DNA of 64,000 nucleotides from a virus. Positions within the stretch are counted from its first letter, which is position 1, and every line of letters begins with the position of its first letter. The stretch covers positions 1 to 64,000 of IMG/VR virus record IMGVR_UViG_3300023179_000062; one strand, 5' to 3'. Shown one piece after another: positions 28,223 through 38,393 of this stretch. The position numbers and the translations under genes are program-made. The notes under the pieces are model-generated. The model did no database searches, was not told where the DNA came from, and was given only the letters and a program-made list of their open reading frames with translations.

Positions 28223-30988
28223 GTGATCTTATCCGCGATAAACATAGAACCCCTTTCTGCTAGTATCTCTCCGTTAGTTATATCTTATATACATAACGGC
28301 AGAAATATCACGTTACCTGTGTCAGCGGATAATTTTTTAGGGGGGACACTATCATCTTATAACTGTTTACGTAAGGTAAAGGATATCGAGATAACCAATA
28401 ACAGTATATCGTTTCTAACCGACACTATAGCATTGTCGTCACTGTTTTATGACAATTATAACAGACAACCCCAAAAATTAAATACCTATTTCTTTAGAGA
28501 ATTAAATGATTTGGACGATTTTAATGTGAATCTTCGATCATCATATAATGTGCGAGGTAATTATTTAGTCACTTGCCCGCTGTCTTCTGAGTTGGTATTT
28601 AATATAGTACCTATGAAAAACTCAATGAATATCAATGAGGAGAAAGGATGGTTTTCTAATTTCCGTGATTATAAATCTTTAAGTTTTAGTAAAACATGTG
28701 GGGCAGATAGTAATGATTTGTTTGCAGAATATAAAACCAGTTACGTTCCTAAGAATATTGAACCTGATAATGAGGCAGTCTTTAATATAGTTGGTAAGGG
28801 AATAAACATAGCGATTAGTGCATTGGGATTGGTAGAATCTGGTGCCATAGGAGGCTCTCAGCCGCTTGATTCAGATATTATATATCTAGACCGCCTTAAC
28901 TCTGTGAAGTCGCCAAATATAGCTAATTTTAACGGCACGCCCCTGTGCCTATGGTTATCGGGAAGTTCTGTATTACAGGGCTTTCCTAAACAGTGGATGG
29001 AGCGATGGTACGATGCTAATAATATAACCCAAGGAAATGCTCTTGTCAGCAGAGTCAACTATTCACCCTTTAGTCCGGTAGTAGATATTCCATCCTCTAT
29101 GTCTATAAAAGACGGGGATACCATCACTATTAATAGATTGGGACCAAAAAGAAATTTAGAGTTTATTGATTATTTCGCATCAACTCAGAAATGTTGTATA
29201 TCGGCATGGGGGCAAACTTTTAAAGATGAACTCAATGGAATACATGGGTTTGTGGAAGGATTATATCCTCATCATACATCTGAGCTTATATTAGATGGTC
29301 GTATCCATGCCCACATACCACCTGTAGATAATTTATTAAAGGAATATGATTTTACTACCTCGTTTTGGGCATATAAGGATGATTGGATGTATGGGCCTGA
29401 TAGCCAAATTTTTGGGAATTTTTCCAATTTCGAAGGCTACAGTGTCAACTATAACACCGGAGGTACTACCAGTTTACTAACATTCCCAACCAATGTTGGT
29501 ATAGTTTATGGATTTAATCCGAAAGGTTATAAGATATTTGAAAAGAATCTTGTTAAGAGTGCGGGATTAGTTGCACCATATATATCCCTTATTACCACAG
29601 ATTTCTTCGGCGCACGATGGATATTTGACAGTGCTAACCGCAAGCTCATCAAACTAGAATCTGACGACTTGCTTAAAGAGGTTATCACCTTACCATCTAA
29701 TGCAGTTATTAAATCCATAAAGATAAACAAATTGAATCAATTGGTTATGTTGGATAGTAAAAACCACACTATCACAACATTTGATCAGACGGGTTCGCTT
29801 GTTTCTACAAATTTCATATCTCCAAATTTCAATAATTTTGAAATTGATGGTAACAACACGCTTAAAACGTCTATTGCAGATAGTATGCACTGTGATAACA
29901 ATAATAACATTTACAAGACTATCGGCAGTAATATCTATAAAAACGATAAGACATATTTCCATGTTGGAAAAGAAATCAATGCTATTAAATTTGATTTATC
30001 AAATAATATGTGGATATTGTTTGATAGAAGCAGAATAATGAAGCTTTCGCCTGATAAGAAACTATTATTTAATATAGAGTTACCTCTAACATATAAGGAG
30101 ACATCCTTTGAGATGAACTTTGTGAAAGATGTCATCGGTTCAACTGAACAGGATATTTTATGGATAGTGTTCAATAATAATAGAAGTATACTTCAAATGA
30201 ATTCAAATGGGGAAATCATAAAAAGATTAAATCTAAATGATGTAGTAAATCTGAATAAATGTAATCCGTTTTTCTTAACTACTAGAGGAGATTTTACCGA
30301 TTTTGATATCAGACGTAAATTTGAAAAAGCGGACAACGGTAATATATCAACCGCAAATCCGGCCTTTTCTGTCAAGATGAATCTTAAATGTGGGGATAAT
30401 AAAGAGTTATTACAGATGTTCTATCCCGTTAAAAATCTACGTGGTTGGGTACATTTCTCCTTAGTTCATAAAATAGAAGACAATGCCACCAGTATTAGTT
30501 TATATATTAATGGAATTAAACGGTTATCAAAAACATTTAATGGTAGCAGAGGCACATCAAATATAAAAATGGTTAATTTTGGAACAAAGGTTTCTCCTTT
30601 TATTATAGGAGGTACTAGTGGAAAACTAGGAGCGAATAAATTAGAACGATCTATTGAGAATGAATATCTTTTAGGGCGATTCGATGATTTACGCATTCAT
30701 CATAGTTGTTTAAACAACTATGAGATATTATCATTAGCTAACAACAAACATTACAGCAATTGGAATGATTTAATTTTCCATATGCCTACAGATAAAAACA
30801 CTTGTATGGAGAATATTAAATTTTTCCATATGAATAGACCTCCCGGCCACAAATCAAATAAATTCAATTTAATTATTGAAGGATTTGATGATGTAGACAC
30901 GCAGGCAAATATCGAACATTACATTCTCGCCAATATAGATAGTCTAAAACCTGTCAATACTATTCTTAATAAAATTATTTTTAAATAA
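28223..30988 (+). CDS. virion protein with LamG/ConA-like and beta-propeller-like domains
   Basis: FTTSFW, WVHFSL...LYING...IGG...GRFDDLRIH LamG motifs. Confidence 0.65.
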   Translation: MILSAINIEPLSASISPLVISYIHNGRNITLPVSADNFLGGTLSSYNCLRKVKDIEITNNSISFLTDTIALSSLFYDNYNRQPQKLNTYFFRELNDLDDFNVNLRSSYNVRGNYLVTCPLSSELVFNIVPMKNSMNINEEKGWFSNFRDYKSLSFSKTCGADSNDLFAEYKTSYVPKNIEPDNEAVFNIVGKGINIAISALGLVESGAIGGSQPLDSDIIYLDRLNSVKSPNIANFNGTPLCLWLSGSSVLQGFPKQWMERWYDANNITQGNALVSRVNYSPFSPVVDIPSSMSIKDGDTITINRLGPKRNLEFIDYFASTQKCCISAWGQTFKDELNGIHGFVEGLYPHHTSELILDGRIHAHIPPVDNLLKEYDFTTSFWAYKDDWMYGPDSQIFGNFSNFEGYSVNYNTGGTTSLLTFPTNVGIVYGFNPKGYKIFEKNLVKSAGLVAPYISLITTDFFGARWIFDSANRKLIKLESDDLLKEVITLPSNAVIKSIKINKLNQLVMLDSKNHTITTFDQTGSLVSTNFISPNFNNFEIDGNNTLKTSIADSMHCDNNNNIYKTIGSNIYKNDKTYFHVGKEINAIKFDLSNNMWILFDRSRIMKLSPDKKLLFNIELPLTYKETSFEMNFVKDVIGSTEQDILWIVFNNNRSILQMNSNGEIIKRLNLNDVVNLNKCNPFFLTTRGDFTDFDIRRKFEKADNGNISTANPAFSVKMNLKCGDNKELLQMFYPVKNLRGWVHFSLVHKIEDNATSISLYINGIKRLSKTFNGSRGTSNIKMVNFGTKVSPFIIGGTSGKLGANKLERSIENEYLLGRFDDLRIHHSCLNNYEILSLANNKHYSNWNDLIFHMPTDKNTCMENIKFFHMNRPPGHKSNKFNLIIEGFDDVDTQANIEHYILANIDSLKPVNTILNKIIFK

Positions 30989-31029
30989 TTATAAATTGAT
31001 TGAATATATTATTTTCATAAATATCTATC

Positions 31030-33279
31030 ATGAACACTGTTGACAGAACAATATCCAGCTTACCCTATGTAAAATCACTATTTGGGGATAATGAGATTCA
31101 AAAAATTAATGATAAATATAACATTTTTAATGGTCCCGGTGTAACAAAAGATAAACAGGTTCAACGACTATCCATTACTAATCAGTTTGATAATCAGATG
31201 GAATATACCACTAATGGCGGGCGTGTTCCTAATCTGTTCTATCATCAATTGATGAGCGGAATTAGTTCCGAAAACAAAAAGCGTCGTATAATTGATTTCA
31301 GAAGCATGTCCCAATACCCAAAAGTAGAAAATGCGGTGAGAGAAATATGTAACGAAATGTTTGAAAGGGATGATAAAGGGGAAACATTTAAATGCCGTCT
31401 CCGTGGAGATTACAATGATGAGGTTCGTTCCTTAATTGAGAAAGAATTCCAGAAATTTCTGAATATTTATAAATTCGAAGAAAAGGGGTGGCAATATGCT
31501 CGCGACTGGATTACAGAAGGTGAACTTTTCTTTGAAAATATTGTGTCGGCTAAACAGACTGAATTAGGTATTATAGGTACAACACGAATTGCCGCAGAAC
31601 GTATTGATCCTCTTTATTACGATCTTGATAATGAACTTATTGATTGTTTCATCATGAGAACTAAAGAACATGATGACTATCCGTATCAATGGGGTAAATT
31701 TACTGCACAAAGCTCAATTAGTTCTGGCAGACAACATCAACCGATGTTTTTAAATGACAAACAGATAACCTACATTAGTAATGATCAGTGGGAAACTACT
31801 GGTAAAAAATTCCGTATTCCTATTCTTGCACATGCACAAGGACCATATAGACAGTTGAGTCTTATCGAAGATGCAACTGTTATCTATATGTTAGTTCGCG
31901 CTCCTGAAAGATTGGTGTTTAATATTGATACAGGGAATCTTCCTGCCGCACAAGCAGAGAAATATATGAAACGAATGATGGCAAGTTTCTGGTCAAAGAA
32001 AACAGTTGGACAGGATGGTAGAATAGAAAACGTTTATGACCCACAGGGGATGTTAGAAAATTATTGGTTCCCTAAAGGACGTGATGGTTCAGGCTCCACA
32101 GTAGAAAGCGTTGGTGGTGGCAAACAATCCGCCGATAATCTTGACACATTGAACTATTTCGTTCAATGTTTATATACTGCATTACATGTACCTCTTGGTC
32201 GTTTAAATTCTGAAACAGCATTCAGTGATGGGGAAAACATCACTAGAGAAGAATTGCGTTTTGCAGAATTCATCATAACTATTCAGAAACTATGGGCAAG
32301 TGCTATTAAGAAAACTTTCATAGTTCATTTAAAACTTAGAGGTAGACAACTTCTGGAACAGGCGAAGAAATATAAAGTAAATGATATTAAAGTTCCTAAT
32401 AAGAACGATCCCAATGCTAAAGAAACATTGAAAGTTACAAATATTTTCAAAGATAATTTCAATAATAAATGTTGGGATTATTATGATATTTTATCGGAAA
32501 CTATAACAGATAAAATACAGGCTACTAAGAAATCGTTAGAGGAAGACCGCGAAAAATTATATGCTCGATCATTATTAATTAATGAAGAGTTGTTTGAGTT
32601 GGATACACAGTTAATCACTGAATCTGATAATTTGTTAGTTAATAAAATTGAAGATAGCAAAGCTCGTTTAATCACTGAGTCAGAAACATCAGCAAAAACT
32701 TTAGAATTCATAGATGGAAAAATTAAAGAAATCGAAGATGAAGGTGTAAGTTGGTGGGAACAATACGATATTCAGGAAGAGGATATTGATGTTAAAATGA
32801 ATGAACCTACACAGTTCTTCCAAATTAGAGAGCAACAAATTTTCCAACAAAAATTAGACAACTACACCAATATTGCATCACAAGATTTCATCAGTGCTAC
32901 CTTTGCACAGAAGATGTGGTTTGGTATGAGCGATGAAGAGATATTAGCTAATAGATCATTGATGCAAAAAGATGCAGCATTTAGATGGGAATTAGCACAG
33001 ATCGAAGCAAATGGTCCCGATTTCAGAGAAAAAGCACTACAGGAAATGGAAGACACTCTTGCAGGTGGAGACGATATGGGTGGATTAGATGGTGGAGGTG
33101 GTTTACCATCCGGTGGTGGCGGAGGCGGTCTTCCAACTGGTGGTGGTGGCGGAGACACTAGTTTACCAGCATTCGGAGCACCCCCTGAAGGTGATGTATC
33201 CCAAGGTGGAGAATCCTCGCCACAAGCAGATACAGGCGGAGAAAAAACAGCGGCCCCGCCGCCACCACCACCTAAGTAA
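31030..33279 (+). CDS. gp20: portal vertex protein with ~135-aa insertion
   Basis: RQLSLIEDATVIY...RAPERLVFNIDTGNLP, MLENYWFP, LHVPLGRL and ITREELRF motifs. Confidence 0.95.
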   Translation: MNTVDRTISSLPYVKSLFGDNEIQKINDKYNIFNGPGVTKDKQVQRLSITNQFDNQMEYTTNGGRVPNLFYHQLMSGISSENKKRRIIDFRSMSQYPKVENAVREICNEMFERDDKGETFKCRLRGDYNDEVRSLIEKEFQKFLNIYKFEEKGWQYARDWITEGELFFENIVSAKQTELGIIGTTRIAAERIDPLYYDLDNELIDCFIMRTKEHDDYPYQWGKFTAQSSISSGRQHQPMFLNDKQITYISNDQWETTGKKFRIPILAHAQGPYRQLSLIEDATVIYMLVRAPERLVFNIDTGNLPAAQAEKYMKRMMASFWSKKTVGQDGRIENVYDPQGMLENYWFPKGRDGSGSTVESVGGGKQSADNLDTLNYFVQCLYTALHVPLGRLNSETAFSDGENITREELRFAEFIITIQKLWASAIKKTFIVHLKLRGRQLLEQAKKYKVNDIKVPNKNDPNAKETLKVTNIFKDNFNNKCWDYYDILSETITDKIQATKKSLEEDREKLYARSLLINEELFELDTQLITESDNLLVNKIEDSKARLITESETSAKTLEFIDGKIKEIEDEGVSWWEQYDIQEEDIDVKMNEPTQFFQIREQQIFQQKLDNYTNIASQDFISATFAQKMWFGMSDEEILANRSLMQKDAAFRWELAQIEANGPDFREKALQEMEDTLAGGDDMGGLDGGGGLPSGGGGGGLPTGGGGGDTSLPAFGAPPEGDVSQGGESSPQADTGGEKTAAPPPPPPK

Positions 33280-33299
33280 ATTATGAATAAATAGTAGTA

Positions 33300-35393
33300 A
33301 TGAATAATATAGTTCCAGATGGTTTTGGTAGTACTTTCCTAAGTCCGATAATTAATAATTATGCGGACTTAGTATATAGATGTAAGTCCTTGCTTGGATT
33401 TCCTATTCAAAATGATGAATTAACCGATGCCCAATGGGCGGTTATTATTGATGAGGCAATTGAAAATTATACAACTTGGGGCGGCGGTTCCAAGGAAGAG
33501 TATCTCATTTTCTGTGCAAACATGTATAAGCAAGGATGTGGTGTCAAGTTAGATGATCTAATCTCTGTAGGATGTAATAGTCAATATTGTAACGTCACAA
33601 CAGTTGTTTCTGCGGTTACTTCATTGGTTACAACTTATGATTTAATTGATACTAAATCTGCCTTTCTATCTGTTACTCCATTTTCTTATCCATCATTTGT
33701 AGATAATACAAATCCTTATAGCATTGCTTATAGTGGTGTAAGTGGTCAATACATGTACTTGTATTTCGATCCTAAGAATCCATGGAATGCTAACACAGTT
33801 TGTAACTTAGATTGTGTTCAGCTTAATCCAATCAATTCTCAGTGGTTTCAACTTAGTGGAAATCCGTCATTATCGGCATTGACTTTTGATTTTGTTAATG
33901 ATGCAACTCTATCACCGTTGGCATCAGCCGTTTCTGCGATTCCCGGTTATTCCTTAGACTCTATCCCGTTATCAGCAATGGGGAATCTATTATCAATTAT
34001 CCCTACATCTTATTATGATGTTGCATCATTCTATCCATCAAACATTCCATTTGGTCCTCCTTTAGAAGCATGTTTAGAAATTGGTGGGGGTAGTGGTTAC
34101 ATTTTCCCTAAATGTAATACTCGTCTCATAAATGCATGTTCGGCACTATCTTCCCAATACAATATTTCACCTGCATATGATTATGTGCTTGCAACTGAGA
34201 CTATTTCCGCTGTAACAGTTCAAACGAGTTCTGTTGATTTTCCTACCATATCTGCGTATTTCGATTTGTTCTGTAGCGATTGTAACTGTAACTGTGCAGC
34301 TATTTCATCAATTAATTGGTCAACTTCCGCAGTAGATTTCTTACTGTTCAGAAATGTTATCAGTGGTAGCGATGGTGTTATTTGGGATTTATCTGCTACT
34401 GACATCAGTAAAGCTACCCATGTTAAGCTTAATAATGTGCCTATCTGTGCGGGCGGTGATTCTATTCCTTTGAACTCTAATAACGGAATTTATAGTAATT
34501 TCACTCTATGTAATTCGGCCCTTAGTACTAATGGTAAGATGTACCTTGAAAGTGTTCAATTCTTAAAAGATTTCAAACCAGATACAAATGCCTTATATGA
34601 TACTCATTGCGGATGGAATAATAATGGATTCACTTTGAATTATTACATTAGTGCTAATTCCGACTGTATCCGTCATACTCCTGATAAAATTCCAGTTGAT
34701 ATTTCTTTTTATAAGAAAACCCAATCTACCGAAGTTGGTGAAGTTTCGTCATATTACAGCTATAATTATGATTACGGCCTTAATCGTAAACGTAAGATTT
34801 ATGGTGTTTTCAGTTTAGATAATGCCAACAACACCGGAAGTTATGGTGGTTATGGTTCTGATTTACTTTTCAATTTTGATTATGCGCTTCTAGCTTCTAC
34901 CTTCGGATACAATCTACAAGGATCAAGAATAACCGCTGGTGGTGGATATGATCTTGTCACATATCATTTAGCTCGTTCTTTCGTAGAACAGAGCAAGAAA
35001 ATGCTTCGTTATATTTCTTATCAATGGGATGAAAGAACTCAATATTTGAAAATGACTCCCGAACCTCCACTAAGTCAACAAAATGGTGGTACTTGTTGCA
35101 GTTCTAGTGTCATTGGTGCTTACAATAACCAATGTTATCTTATTGGTGTATATGTTGAAGCGCCTGTTCAAGAGTTACTTTCTACCTATTTCGTTAGAGA
35201 ATATACCCTTGCAAGAGCAAAACAAGTTATTGGAAATATTCGTTCCAAATATGGTGCTGTTACCCTTTATGGTGGTGCAACTTTGGATGGCGCAACCCTA
35301 GTTCAGGATGGTACTGGTCGCATTGAAACTCTTATGAAAGAATTAAGAAACGAATCGTATTATACCGCGCCCGCCAGTTTTTATATTCATTGA
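33300..35393 (+). CDS. gp13: neck protein, gp13-like, with ~400-aa insertion
   Basis: N-terminal LG.P...ELTD.Q...IDEAIE; C-terminal VREYTLARAKQVIG...KY..VTLYGGATLDG. Confidence 0.85.
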   Translation: MNNIVPDGFGSTFLSPIINNYADLVYRCKSLLGFPIQNDELTDAQWAVIIDEAIENYTTWGGGSKEEYLIFCANMYKQGCGVKLDDLISVGCNSQYCNVTTVVSAVTSLVTTYDLIDTKSAFLSVTPFSYPSFVDNTNPYSIAYSGVSGQYMYLYFDPKNPWNANTVCNLDCVQLNPINSQWFQLSGNPSLSALTFDFVNDATLSPLASAVSAIPGYSLDSIPLSAMGNLLSIIPTSYYDVASFYPSNIPFGPPLEACLEIGGGSGYIFPKCNTRLINACSALSSQYNISPAYDYVLATETISAVTVQTSSVDFPTISAYFDLFCSDCNCNCAAISSINWSTSAVDFLLFRNVISGSDGVIWDLSATDISKATHVKLNNVPICAGGDSIPLNSNNGIYSNFTLCNSALSTNGKMYLESVQFLKDFKPDTNALYDTHCGWNNNGFTLNYYISANSDCIRHTPDKIPVDISFYKKTQSTEVGEVSSYYSYNYDYGLNRKRKIYGVFSLDNANNTGSYGGYGSDLLFNFDYALLASTFGYNLQGSRITAGGGYDLVTYHLARSFVEQSKKMLRYISYQWDERTQYLKMTPEPPLSQQNGGTCCSSSVIGAYNNQCYLIGVYVEAPVQELLSTYFVREYTLARAKQVIGNIRSKYGAVTLYGGATLDGATLVQDGTGRIETLMKELRNESYYTAPASFYIH

Positions 35394-35460
35394 CCCCTCC
35401 TTCCTTTTTTATTGGACGTAGTAAATTATTATTTTTAATAATAAAATTATAAATACACAT

Positions 35461-35760
35461 ATGACTCCAGAGTTTGATAAATTTATTCAAGAGATATTAA
35501 CAGAGGCTAAACGATGTCAAGGCCCATCTCTTCGCCAATTAAGTGATAAAGCAAGGTACCGTTTCATGGCATGTCGGGAAAATCCATACTCGCCGGGGTA
35601 CAAAAGAATTTATTGGGGACATAAGGATGGGTCATTTGATTATACAAAATGTTTACGAAATCCTAGACCGGGAACAAGTGCCTATGAAGAATGTAAGGAT
35701 ATACAACGTGCTCGGCTCAAAAGATTGAAAAGATTACGTAGATTAAAAAATAGAAAATAA
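35461..35760 (+). CDS. small basic protein, putative internal head protein
   Basis: Leader MTPEFDKFIQEILTEA; very basic; TATAAATA upstream. Confidence 0.65.
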   Translation: MTPEFDKFIQEILTEAKRCQGPSLRQLSDKARYRFMACRENPYSPGYKRIYWGHKDGSFDYTKCLRNPRPGTSAYEECKDIQRARLKRLKRLRRLKNRK

Positions 35761-35877
35761 AATATGAATTTCTTAGAATTATTAATGTGTGAAGAGGATG
35801 ATGCCGGAATAATGGTTATGCCAGATATTAATCAATTTCATGATGATGCCATATATATTACAGATTTTAGTAAATCA

Positions 35878-36513
35878 TTAAATCTCTACCAACCGGACGA
35901 TTGTACCATAGAATCCTAAAACCTTCCCGTCAATTGATTTATGGGCAACAGCGGTTGTTCTAACTCTGAATCTTTTTTTAGTATTATGGTTCATAACAGT
36001 GTATTCCGCTTCATATGGAATATCAAGCGCAATGCTCTCGTTCCATTGTTTCCATACATATGCACGATCATCGCCTAACACACCTGATAACCATCCACTA
36101 CCTAGACAGTCTTCAAAGGTAAGACCGAACATATCACATAATGCTTTATTAACCCATGTACATTCTCCATTTGGAGCACATTCGTATGCACCTGTGGTGA
36201 TTAAATTATTAGCAATCATTTTGGAGCGTAACTCTGCTAAAGACACTGCATCATTAATTCTATTAATTTGATCTTTTATAGATTTTCCTCCATTTTTAGA
36301 GAATTCATTTTTTAATGAATTTATAATAGGTAAAACTTCTTCGTTTAAGGTTTTACATATCGCTGCTTGCTCGTCCACATGATTTTTTGTAAAATCTAGT
36401 ATTTTCCGTATAGGTGTAATTATTAGTTTCCAGCCACCCCATAGAACACCTATTAAAGTGACAAGCCCCACTAAAATCTCTATTGCTGCTTGTAAAATTA
36501 ATAATGTTTCCAT
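35878..36513 (-). CDS. N-terminal TM helix plus PAS domain protein
   Basis: TM at aa 4-31; PAS motif NGECTWVNKALCDMFG...LG.GW...DD...YEAEY...DGKVLGFYG. Confidence 0.8.
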   Translation of the reverse strand: METLLILQAAIEILVGLVTLIGVLWGGWKLIITPIRKILDFTKNHVDEQAAICKTLNEEVLPIINSLKNEFSKNGGKSIKDQINRINDAVSLAELRSKMIANNLITTGAYECAPNGECTWVNKALCDMFGLTFEDCLGSGWLSGVLGDDRAYVWKQWNESIALDIPYEAEYTVMNHNTKKRFRVRTTAVAHKSIDGKVLGFYGTIVRLVEI

Positions 36514-36549
36514 GTATAATTTATTTATAAATACACGATAAACATATGA

Positions 36550-36738
36550 TTATTCTTCGTATTTTTTAATTATGTTAGCAACCATTTCCAGAGTCTCTTT
36601 CAAAATATCTGCGTCCTGTAATGTTATAGTTAATGGACTTTTATTTAAAATATTTACTAAATGGCTCCAATGCGCAAGTAATTGATTTTTTGATATAGGC
36701 GTCGATGTATTAGGAAGATTATCCATGATATTATTCAA
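36550..36738 (-). CDS. hypothetical protein
   Basis: 62-aa ORF at the end of the fibre gene run. Confidence 0.5.
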   Translation of the reverse strand: MNNIMDNLPNTSTPISKNQLLAHWSHLVNILNKSPLTITLQDADILKETLEMVANIIKKYEE

Positions 36739-37045
36739 TATTTATTGTGCCTGTATCATCAATGCTATAATTTATAGTAGGTGTAAAATCTTCTGAAGAT
36801 ATTGCAGTAGGGTCCAGCATAGTTATAGCTTGTAACAATAGAGTAAAACGATTAAATGCTAGTTGACCATTTGTTCCCAACTCTTTTGCTATTTCTTGAG
36901 GTGTTACTCGATCATTTTTCCAAAATAATTCAAAGGCGGTTGTCGCTTTTTGAACTAACTCTGTTACAATAGAAGTATTTAATTGTTGCATAGTTTCCAA
37001 TGCTTCTTGTGCGGGTGTCAGTCTTGGAGGAGTGAATAGTATCAT
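36731..37045 (-). CDS. hypothetical protein (possible fibre assembly factor)
   Basis: 104 aa downstream of fibre genes; TAAATA upstream. Confidence 0.55.
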   Translation of the reverse strand: MILFTPPRLTPAQEALETMQQLNTSIVTELVQKATTAFELFWKNDRVTPQEIAKELGTNGQLAFNRFTLLLQAITMLDPTAISSEDFTPTINYSIDDTGTINIE

Positions 37046-37069
37046 AATAATATTTATTGTATTAAATAA

Positions 37070-37957
37070 TTAATTACAAACCCAATTAGTCCCATTATAA
37101 AATACTGGAGTGATTATTGCTCCCCCACCCACCACCGCTACCAAATAAGAAGGAGCTAGAGCATCGGTAACAAAGGCGGTATCACCTCGAGTACCTGTAG
37201 GTAAGGTTTCTACAGTATAGCCTTTTAATCTGGCTGTGGAACTATATATTACGGGATAATTAAATGTGGTATTCCCCGTGGTTCCGTCGATTGATACACG
37301 AGAAGTATTGTTAGTTATTAATTGTAAATCTCTATAGTTTCCTCCTCCGCTTCCTGCCTGTGTACCCACTTGAAATATGTTGGATGTCCATGCTAACACG
37401 CCAGTCTCGTAGTTGGTACTTGATGTCCATGTATTATATATTCGCACTGTTTGAGCATTGGTGGTAGTTTGTCCCCTAATTTCTAATGTATTTGCAATAT
37501 ATCCAGACAACCCGGTACTAGATACCCCCCGCCAATGCAACACCCATGAATCCCATATCTGCACACCGCCACCATTGCCGGTGGTGACGCTGGGGTGTAC
37601 TAGTAATATGCCGTCTCCTAGTTGATCCCCGCCATTATCACCATATCCATAAACTGTACGAATAGCTGCCTTGCCTGTAGTATCTAAACTATAAATTGAA
37701 GTACCGGTGGTGTTTTTATAATCAACTATGTTGCCTGCAAAAGATGTAGGTGTAACTGATCCAAAAATAGTACCAGATGCATGCCATGAAGTAGGTGCTG
37801 CAACATTTCTAGGTTTAAAATAGAAATGAGGAGTGTTGGTGGTTGTGCTACCTCTGGTGTAAGGCAAACCTGTTAATAAACATGCAGGTGTATTTGCTCC
37901 ACTATCAAAATCATTGATAGGGAAAGTCGTAAAAGGTGTATGGAACAAATGAGTCAT
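37070..37957 (-). CDS. tail fibre/spike-like protein
   Basis: Thr/Gly-rich; C-terminal YTVETLP...GDTAFVTDA...VFYNGTNW motif typical of fibre tips. Confidence 0.7.
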   Translation of the reverse strand: MTHLFHTPFTTFPINDFDSGANTPACLLTGLPYTRGSTTTNTPHFYFKPRNVAAPTSWHASGTIFGSVTPTSFAGNIVDYKNTTGTSIYSLDTTGKAAIRTVYGYGDNGGDQLGDGILLVHPSVTTGNGGGVQIWDSWVLHWRGVSSTGLSGYIANTLEIRGQTTTNAQTVRIYNTWTSSTNYETGVLAWTSNIFQVGTQAGSGGGNYRDLQLITNNTSRVSIDGTTGNTTFNYPVIYSSTARLKGYTVETLPTGTRGDTAFVTDALAPSYLVAVVGGGAIITPVFYNGTNWVCN

Positions 37958-38373
37958 TAGTATTTTCCGCCAATTATAGTTACATAGTATCCTGCTGCTA
38001 CTGTTGTCCCTATAGTTACATTTAATTTATAACCCGGTGGTAAAGCAAAATTTAATATAATCTCTTGGTTAGTTAATTGAGCAACTTCTGAATTAGTGGT
38101 TGCGGGTAATGTTATGTCTTCATATAAAATATTATTTGCGGCTGTTGCATTGGTGCCACCATTATTGATAAAAACACGCGCAACTGTTGCAACATTAGTT
38201 CCTGCTGCACGGAAACGAATTTTCTGAACATATCCCCCATTTGTTGCATCTGCTGTGAATGCTGTTAACACTGTTCCTGTTCCATCCTTTGCAGTGTTTG
38301 CTGTTGTGATTGCTGTTGTTCCCCATTGAATATCTGGAGATAATGTATAAATTGGATTGGTATTTGCAGCCAT
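37957..38373 (-). CDS. virion structural protein (fibre-associated)
   Basis: MAANTNPIY...ANTAKDGTG...GGKY beta-sandwich-like sequence. Confidence 0.65.
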   Translation of the reverse strand: MAANTNPIYTLSPDIQWGTTAITTANTAKDGTGTVLTAFTADATNGGYVQKIRFRAAGTNVATVARVFINNGGTNATAANNILYEDITLPATTNSEVAQLTNQEIILNFALPPGYKLNVTIGTTVAAGYYVTIIGGKY

Positions 38374-38393
38374 AGTATATTACTATTTATCTC

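Noticed and set aside
32344-32745. Intein in the portal (also considered for gp13, gp17, gp18)
   Set aside because: No C/S start with HN-C/S/T end and no LAGLIDADG motifs seen.
33060-33279. GGT/GGC-rich repeats at the end of the portal gene
   Set aside because: Explained by a Gly/Pro low-complexity protein tail.
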